NCBI GenBank assembly: GCA_947625065.1
Contig: CANQNB010000001.1
Span: forward strand, 1-41,314
Origin: an uncultured Clostridia bacterium
GTDB taxonomy: Bacteria; Bacillota; Clostridia; Christensenellales; Borkfalkiaceae
Direction: 5' to 3'
DNA: 41,314 nt
Part shown: positions 35,571-41,314 of the stretch, in pieces
Layout of the letters: each line of letters begins with the position of its first letter
Position numbering within the stretch: position 1 is the first letter of the stretch
Made by a program: the position numbers and the translations under genes
The notes under the pieces: generated by a model
What the model saw: only the letters and a program-made list of their open reading frames with translations
The model's database searches: none
Told to the model about the DNA's origin: nothing

Positions 35571-35727
35571 GCGATCCCCAAACTCCTTTCGCGTTTATTT
35601 CCTATTGTACGCGCGCGAAAGAGTCCACCGCGGCGGGGGACAATAAGCAAACTGAATAAATTCACACTTTTCGTGAAATACTTCATAAAAAGACAAAAGA
35701 AAGGCGCATTTTTTTTACAAAAACTTA

Positions 35728-35756
35728 TTGACACCTATCTTTTTTTGGTGTAGAAT
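35728..35756 (+). promoter_or_regulatory. Sigma-A-type promoter of the large lipoprotein gene
   Basis: TTGACA, a 17-nt spacer, then TAGAAT, within an AT-rich stretch. Confidence 0.55.
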
Positions 35757-35815
35757 AGGAATGCTATCGTCTACATAGCAAAATATTATTATTTCAAGGG
35801 GAGGACAAACAAGAC

Positions 35816-38800
35816 ATGAAAAAGCTCAGAATTGCGCTCATTGTGCTGTTTTCGGTGTTGATGTCGTTGGCTCTCTTCGCATGCGGTGGTGGCAATCACA
35901 CGCACGTCGACGAAAGTCCCAAAGACGGCAACTGCGACGAATGCGGCGAACGCATGAAAGAAGCTGTCGGCACGCTCGACTCGATCACCTTCGAAAAGTC
36001 GATCGAGATCACCGATGCGAGCGCACAGGCGGACGCGGAGTCCCAGCTCAACGGCATGAAGATCACGGCGAACTATGCCGACGGTGTTGAGAGCAAGCAG
36101 CTGACTTCCGCAGAGTACACGGTGGATTGGTCGGGCGTCAAATTCGGCACCTACGGCACCTATACCGCCGTCGTCACGCCCACCGAGAACAACTATTTCT
36201 CGTTCTCGGGCTCGGTTACGGTCAACATCGCGCACGACCTCAAAGAGGGCGAGGCGGGTGTCCGTACTTGCTCCGTCTGCGGTGCAACGCAGCGTGAAAG
36301 CGACATCAACGACACGTTCAGGATCGAAGGCTGGGGGGACGGCGTTGCGCTTGGCGACAGCAATGAGATCGTCAAATACGATTCCCGTCTCGGCAACAAC
36401 ACTTCCGTTGTCGCCCGTCTCGACAAGGGCATGAGCATCACCCTCGAGGGCTATGTTTATTCCTTGAAGGAGAAGGCAAACAGCTACTTCTATCCCATCC
36501 TCGGCTTCGCGAACATTGAGGAAAACGGCTCCGTCATTCAGCGTAACGACGACTGGTCGATCTACGGTGCAATGAACGGCGTTCTCAACGCTTGGGCGGG
36601 CAACCCGTTCTCCGATCAGAACGCGACGGTTGCAGAGTTCCCCGGCGCAGAGAGCGCGGCAGATCTTCAGGTTTACGTCTCCGGCCCCTGGACGAGCAGC
36701 GACGACCTCGACGGCGTCAATGCAGATGGCGAAAAGGACAACACTTTCTACTATAAGACCGCAGACGGGAAGTACGAAATGACCCAATCCGAGGGCAGCA
36801 CCCTTGTCGGCGTTCCCGTAAAGCTCACGTGGTCCTATTCCGAAGACTGCGTCGCCACCATGACGTGGTTCTACCCCGAACTCGACAAAGATTCGGGCGG
36901 TCGTACCCGTACCGCTACCGTGAAGATGCCCGAGCGTCCCTTCTACAACGCCATCCTTCACGGCGAGCAGGTCAACATCACCTTCACGAAGATGACGAGC
37001 GTCCAGAACCTCAAGCTCGATCATATCGACACGCCTACCGTCAAGGAGGGTGCAAACTTCCTTGAAAACACCATGATCGATACGAACATCATCGATGTTG
37101 GGCTCCATTATGTCGGTATCGAGAAGACGGACAAGGCGGACGGCGGCATCATCAACCTCTACGCGCACACCGACGAAACCATCACCCTCCCCGAGGATAA
37201 CGAGGAGAAGGGCGGCAGAACGTATGCGGGCGAAGGCAAGGAGCCTTGGATCGACCTCGAGAGCACCAAGCTCAGCTCGACCTATAAGGCATTCAAGGTC
37301 CGCGTGCAGATCGGCGACGACTGGGAAGAGGTCATCCTCTCCAAGGCAGAAGCCGAAAAGATCAAGATCATCGCGAGCGCGACCGATCACACCGGCGAGA
37401 AGGATGTCACCTATAAGGGCGCGACCTTCCTTGCGACCGGTCTCGATGCAGTCGAATTCGCTCAGACGAGCGACGCCAAGGTGGGCATCACCCTCAGCGG
37501 TACCGCCGTCACCCTCACCGAAGCGCAGAAGACCGCGCTCGGTGCGACCGGCTACACCTCTTACGTCAACTTCACCCTCTTCCACAACGGCGGCGCAGGC
37601 GCGACGACGTTCAGCGGCACCCCGACCTTCAAGAGCGGCGACACCACCGTCCCCGGCGGCTATGTCGTCAGTGAAGACGGCGAGAGCGTCAGCTTCGTCC
37701 TTCCGCTCAACGCGACTGTGGTTGAGAACGGCATCACGATCAGCGGCGTGAACGGCGCAGACATCGTCGTCTCCTTCGGCGACCTCATCGGTCTCGAAGT
37801 CACGAGCACGATCACCGCGAACACCCTCAAGCTCAATGAGCCGACGGACATCACCATCGTCTACGAACTCGGCGCTCTTGCACCCGCGTCGCAGGCAGAC
37901 CTCAGCGATACCTTCCAGATCGCGATCGGCGCAACGACCTTCTTCTTCAACGATGCAGGTACGGGCGCTTCGAACAGCACGTTCAGAGGATACCCCGGAC
38001 TCACGCTCGAGTCCTCCCTCTCCGGCAGCAAACTCACGATGAAGTATCACGTTCCCACGTTCAACGCGGCGAGCCCCTCCGATTACAAGTTCGGTCTCGT
38101 CTCCATGGATACGGGCGCGACCCTCGTGAGCGACACCGTTTACTACACCACCGAGTTCAAGACGGGCGACAATGCGCTCAAGGGCGACTACTATGTCTCC
38201 GTTGACGGCACCAAGCTCTATATCACGAAGGCTTACACCGGCGACAACATCACCAACACGATGCTCACCGAGCAGAACCTTCTCTTCTCGGCGAACATGG
38301 GCAACAAGACCGCAGAAGAATACAAGAGATACGAATATCTCAGAACGTTCGACTTCGGTTACTCCGTCAATGAGGCGGGCGTTGCGTCCTTCGCGAACTC
38401 CGTCAGAGCGGGCGATAGCGATCTCGCGACCGTTACCGCTTACGTCTTCGGCACGATCAACAACGACACCGATGTCGACCGCGGCGCACTTGTCGTCGTG
38501 ACCGTCGACCTCACCAAGCTCGGCATCAGATCGACCGACAGGACCGAAGGCTTCGCGTTCAACGTCAACTCGAATGCCGAGGATCCCGACTACTGGTATG
38601 CAACGGTTACCGAAAGCACCGTCGGCACGAACAACCAGGTCACCGAATTCGGCAACGAAGAAAAGATCCACACGGGCGACTGCCTCACCGCAAACGAATA
38701 TGCTTCTCTCGCCGGCAACGGTGCGTTCTATGCGAAGGCAGAGCAGAGATTCGAGAACGATCACAACTGGACGCTCGACAGCAAGAACCAGGGTTGGGAA

Positions 38801-40138
38801 GTCTGCTCCGCGTGCGGCGCAGGTCGTAACTACAACATCGATAATGATGGTGAGAACAAGGTCGCCTTTGGCAACGGTCTCATCACCGCAGACCAGATCA
38901 AGGCTGCTCTTCCCGAGGGCAAGACCCTTGTCGAGACCGGTCTCATGGTCTCCTTCGAAGTCGGTGCCGTCACGGGCGGCGACTGGAACACCAGATTCCT
39001 CGCTACCGGGAAGGGTGACCTCCGCGTCACCGCTCCTAACCTCGATGCACACTGGCATTCCGTCGATAAGGATGTCCCGGATCTCTCCGAGCGCGAAGCA
39101 GCTCTTGCAACGCAGTTCATTTGGGGCGGCTCCGTCAATCCTTGGCCCGATTCCGGCGATGCATTCAGAAACGGCACTACCAGCTACGACGAATTCCTGT
39201 CCGGCTACTGCTATGTTACGATCACGATGTCGGTGGAGCAGGGCGTCCGCTACTACAAGAACGGTGTCCTTGTTTACGAGTACACGCGTGACAAGATGCT
39301 CGGCGGCGGTTCCGTTGCAGAGTTCGTCGAATTCTTCCTTCTCATCGCGCAGAAGACGGGCGTCAGAGTTTGCGACTCGCAGGCGCTTTCCGAGAATGCA
39401 CCCGAAGGCAGCGCGGCAGGTACGCCGACCGATGCTTACAACGTGATGTATGCGGCTTCCGCAAACGTTGCGGCAGACGTCCTCTACACGAGATACACCG
39501 AGCAGTTCGGTCAGCCCACTCCTCCCGCATTCATCACGGTTCCTGCCCAGGCAGAGAATACGGAAGAACTCCAGGATACGTGGACGGAACAAGTTGAGAT
39601 CGCTTCTGCCGGTTACAGTGTCGGTAAGGCATGGTACATCAAGCGCGGTCAGAAAGTGGTCGTCACGGGCACCCTCACGGGTATCGCAGCGGATGCTCCC
39701 AACAACTGGACTGGCGGCGGCGTGATCTTCGACCGTGTCTTGAAGCCCGTGGATGATGCTATCCCGAACAACGGACGTATCGACAACTGGGAAAACGGCA
39801 GCGTCGTTGGTTGGCTCGTTGAGATGAATCCCGTTGCAACGGAAGCAAACGGCGATCCTGCCGATGATTGGGTCGCTAAGATGAAAGTGCTTCGCTCCAC
39901 CGAAGGCAATGTGACGGTCTTTACCTTTGACTACACGGATGCTTCCAAGCTCGTTGTCACAATGCAGATCTCGGTTGACGGCGTCGGCTCCTTCACGCAG
40001 ACCTACACCGCCACCCCGCTTGAAAATGCGCAGAACGCAGACGGCTCAGCGTACAGCCTTGATCCTTGGCTCCTCATCGGTATCACCGTAGACGGGAACG
40101 GCTTCAACGGTACGGCAGTCGCAACGATGGCGGAATGA
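35816..40138 (+). CDS. Very large (1440 aa) surface lipoprotein of unknown function
   Basis: RBS AGGGGAGGA. Signal peptide with lipobox (LALFAC, Cys23). Thr/Gly/Asp-rich, beta-rich composition. Three H-x(n)-CxxCG knuckles (35933-35947, 36269-36283, 38803-38817). I could not assign any catalytic motif. Confidence 0.8.
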   Translation: MKKLRIALIVLFSVLMSLALFACGGGNHTHVDESPKDGNCDECGERMKEAVGTLDSITFEKSIEITDASAQADAESQLNGMKITANYADGVESKQLTSAEYTVDWSGVKFGTYGTYTAVVTPTENNYFSFSGSVTVNIAHDLKEGEAGVRTCSVCGATQRESDINDTFRIEGWGDGVALGDSNEIVKYDSRLGNNTSVVARLDKGMSITLEGYVYSLKEKANSYFYPILGFANIEENGSVIQRNDDWSIYGAMNGVLNAWAGNPFSDQNATVAEFPGAESAADLQVYVSGPWTSSDDLDGVNADGEKDNTFYYKTADGKYEMTQSEGSTLVGVPVKLTWSYSEDCVATMTWFYPELDKDSGGRTRTATVKMPERPFYNAILHGEQVNITFTKMTSVQNLKLDHIDTPTVKEGANFLENTMIDTNIIDVGLHYVGIEKTDKADGGIINLYAHTDETITLPEDNEEKGGRTYAGEGKEPWIDLESTKLSSTYKAFKVRVQIGDDWEEVILSKAEAEKIKIIASATDHTGEKDVTYKGATFLATGLDAVEFAQTSDAKVGITLSGTAVTLTEAQKTALGATGYTSYVNFTLFHNGGAGATTFSGTPTFKSGDTTVPGGYVVSEDGESVSFVLPLNATVVENGITISGVNGADIVVSFGDLIGLEVTSTITANTLKLNEPTDITIVYELGALAPASQADLSDTFQIAIGATTFFFNDAGTGASNSTFRGYPGLTLESSLSGSKLTMKYHVPTFNAASPSDYKFGLVSMDTGATLVSDTVYYTTEFKTGDNALKGDYYVSVDGTKLYITKAYTGDNITNTMLTEQNLLFSANMGNKTAEEYKRYEYLRTFDFGYSVNEAGVASFANSVRAGDSDLATVTAYVFGTINNDTDVDRGALVVVTVDLTKLGIRSTDRTEGFAFNVNSNAEDPDYWYATVTESTVGTNNQVTEFGNEEKIHTGDCLTANEYASLAGNGAFYAKAEQRFENDHNWTLDSKNQGWEVCSACGAGRNYNIDNDGENKVAFGNGLITADQIKAALPEGKTLVETGLMVSFEVGAVTGGDWNTRFLATGKGDLRVTAPNLDAHWHSVDKDVPDLSEREAALATQFIWGGSVNPWPDSGDAFRNGTTSYDEFLSGYCYVTITMSVEQGVRYYKNGVLVYEYTRDKMLGGGSVAEFVEFFLLIAQKTGVRVCDSQALSENAPEGSAAGTPTDAYNVMYAASANVAADVLYTRYTEQFGQPTPPAFITVPAQAENTEELQDTWTEQVEIASAGYSVGKAWYIKRGQKVVVTGTLTGIAADAPNNWTGGGVIFDRVLKPVDDAIPNNGRIDNWENGSVVGWLVEMNPVATEANGDPADDWVAKMKVLRSTEGNVTVFTFDYTDASKLVVTMQISVDGVGSFTQTYTATPLENAQNADGSAYSLDPWLLIGITVDGNGFNGTAVATMAE

Positions 40139-40240
40139 TCGGATGAATTCCCCGAAATGCGTGGCGCCGGGCAAACCGGTGCGCGCGCGGGGAAAAGCCG
40201 AAAGTAACCAAACAACGCACGGCTCTTTCAGAGCGAACCA

Positions 40241-40267
40241 AAAAAGGACCCCCACGGGTCCTTTTTT
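40241..40267 (+). terminator. Rho-independent terminator after the large lipoprotein gene
   Basis: AAAAAGGACCC-CAC-GGGTCCTTTTTT. Confidence 0.85.
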
Positions 40268-40311
40268 CTCGCCTTCTTTTGTGCGCCCCTCGGCTCCACC
40301 CTTGGGGGACG

Positions 40312-40401
40312 GACAGAGCGTGGAGCCTCCGCCCTTATACCCGAGTGGAGCGACAGAGCGTGGAGCCTCCCCCTGAGGGACGGATAGAGCGTGGAGCCTC
40401 C
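40312..40401. repeat. Three direct copies of GA(C/T)AGAGCGTGGAGCCTCC
   Basis: The copies start at 40312, 40352 and 40383. Each is followed by a degenerate or intact CCCCC...GGGGG hairpin module. Confidence 0.8.
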
Positions 40402-40827
40402 CCCCTTATACTTGAGGGGGGAGGATGTCACGGCACCGCCGTGACAGGTGGGGGGTGCGTTCTTTACAGGTAGGGAGCGAGTTTTATGAGCGATGATAGA
40501 GGTGAGAGAGTAGTGCCCCCCACCCTACCCTCCCCCCCATTTGTTTTGCAAATGGGGGGAGGCGGCAGTGCTGTTTCCCCTGCCTCCCCCCTTATACTTG
40601 AGGGGGGAGGATGTCACGGCACCGCCGTGACAGGTGGGGGGTGGGTTCTTTACAGGTAGGGAGCGTGTTTTATGAGCGATGATAGTGGTGAAAGAGTAGT
40701 TGCCCCCCACCCTACCCTCCCCCCATTTGTTTTGCAAATGGGGGGAGGCGGCAGTGCTGTTTCCCATGCCTCCCCCCTTATACTTGAGGGGGGAGGATGT
40801 CGCGGCACCGCCGTGACAGGTGGGGGG
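40400..40827. repeat. Tandem array of a 186-bp multi-hairpin unit (2 full units plus the 5' part of a third)
   Basis: The CCCCCCTTATACTTGAGGGGGG module recurs at 40400, 40586 and 40772 (period 186). Each unit also holds GTCACGGC-ACC-GCCGTGAC and CCCCCATTTG-TTTT-CAAATGGGGG hairpins. Only a few mismatches separate the units. Confidence 0.92.
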
Positions 40828-40847
40828 CGCTTTTTTCTTCAAAAGTA

Positions 40848-40876
40848 TTGCAAAAAGCGAAAAAGAGTATTAAAAT
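40848..40876 (+). promoter_or_regulatory. Putative promoter of the DUF559 gene (leaderless geometry)
   Basis: TTGCAA, a 17-nt spacer, then TAAAAT. The -10 ends 6 nt before the ATG at 40883 and there is no RBS. Confidence 0.45.
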
Positions 40877-40882
40877 ATTTCC

Positions 40883-41236
40883 ATGAGAAGAATCCACAAT
40901 GCGGAGTTATTGCCATTTGCGAGGGAGCTGCGTAAAAATCCGACGAAGCAGGAGCGAAAACTGTGGTACGAATTTTTGTATTCGTTGCCAGTGCGTTTTA
41001 CGAGGCAGAAAATCATCGGGAGATATATTGTTGACTTTTGCTGTACCTCCCAAAAGGTCATTATCGAACTTGACGGTGCCCAGCATTATGAGGGGGATGC
41101 ACCCGATTACGACCGTCGGCGCGATGAATTTCTGCGGGGCAAGGGCTATACTGTGCTGCGATATACCGACAAAGAGTTTGAAAGGAACTTTCGCGGTGTT
41201 TGCGAGGACATATGGAATCATCTCGGAATAGAGTAG
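40883..41236 (+). CDS. DUF559 (Vsr-like) endonuclease domain protein, 117 aa
   Basis: Typical DUF559 pattern: ARELRKNPTKQERKLWYEFL ... RFTRQKIIGRYIVDFCC ... VIIELDGAQH ... DRRRDEFLRGKGYTVLRY. It is visibly AT-richer than the flanking DNA. Confidence 0.88.
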   Translation: MRRIHNAELLPFARELRKNPTKQERKLWYEFLYSLPVRFTRQKIIGRYIVDFCCTSQKVIIELDGAQHYEGDAPDYDRRRDEFLRGKGYTVLRYTDKEFERNFRGVCEDIWNHLGIE

Positions 41237-41314
41237 TTGCCCCCCACCCTACCCTCCCCCCATTTGTTTTGCAAATGGGGGGAGGCGGCAGTGCTGTTTC
41301 CCATGCCTCCCCCC
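41231..41314. repeat. 3' part of the interrupted 186-bp unit, continuing to the window edge
   Basis: GAGTAGTTGCCCCCCACCCTACCCTCCCCCCATTTGTTTTGCAAATGGGGGGAGGCGGCAGTGCTGTTTCCCATGCCTCCCCCC matches 40695-40777 of the previous unit. A new unit begins at 41309. Confidence 0.9.

Noticed and set aside
35789-39592. A 1267-aa ORF on the minus strand, plus many other long antisense or off-frame ORFs. Examples: 748-1968(-), 3518-4672(-), 5617-7689(-), 6890-8302(-), 8324-9523(-), 11410-13350(-), 13131-14828(-), 14744-16180(-), 21594-23252(-), 23319-25832(-), 28025-29122(-), 31093-33168(-), 33316-34377(-).
   Set aside because: Each lies entirely opposite a gene with clear family signatures. Their translations are Arg/Gly/Asp/His/Val-rich low-complexity strings without motifs or RBS. 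This is the expected stop-codon-poor shadow frame of GC-rich coding DNA.
40525-40935. ORFs 40525-40842(-) and 40672-40935(+), plus 40279-40473, 2821-3036, 3083-3478(-), 11092-11382(-), 11099-11365 and 35163-35564(-).
   Set aside because: They are translations of the hairpin repeat modules (repetitive PLKYKGGG / GGGCHGTAVTGGG strings). 3083-3478 overlaps the tRNA-Ser gene. None has an RBS, and identical nucleotide repeats explain the apparent conservation.
1-41314. Integrase, transposase, RAYT, prophage or toxin-antitoxin genes that could explain the repeats or the XRE cassette.
   Set aside because: No ORF on either strand shows recombinase, DDE, HUH or typical toxin motifs. The XRE gene has no small partner ORF; the 304-416 region downstream of it holds only repeat-derived sequence.

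Overview
This is a GC-rich, Gram-positive chromosomal segment. It looks like a spore-forming Clostridia-type Firmicute, based on the yqfC-yqfD-phoH-pgpH-ybeY-era-yqzL-recO locus, AGGAGG-type RBSs and TTGACA-N17-TGnTATAAT promoters. Most of the window is ordinary housekeeping: ppa, a TtcA-like PP-loop ATPase, a P-type Ca2+-ATPase, galM, a ZIP transporter, an SDR, fhs, mutY, tmk-rimM-trmD-rbgA-rnhB-yraN, ktrBA, gap and the yqf ribosome-maturation/sporulation cluster. There is one class-II tRNA-Ser(GCU). I found no rRNA, CRISPR array, integrase or transposase.

Four things stand out.
1. A modular family of hairpin repeats occupies at least six intergenic regions. At the right end it forms a 186-bp tandem array, and one unit of that array carries an AT-richer DUF559 (Vsr-like) endonuclease gene between the same 9-bp inverted arms that bracket a 60-61 nt filler in the gene-less units.
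2. An XRE regulator plus a TasA-like/LRR surface-protein cassette is flanked by direct composite repeats next to the tRNA-Ser.
3. A stand-alone 1869-aa DUF4011 / Upf1-like SF1 helicase / PD-(D/E)xK / DUF3320 protein has its own promoter.
4. A 1440-aa lipoprotein of unknown function contains recurring H-x(n)-CxxCG knuckles.

Many long ORFs on the track are antisense or out-of-frame shadows caused by GC-rich codon bias, and I did not call them.
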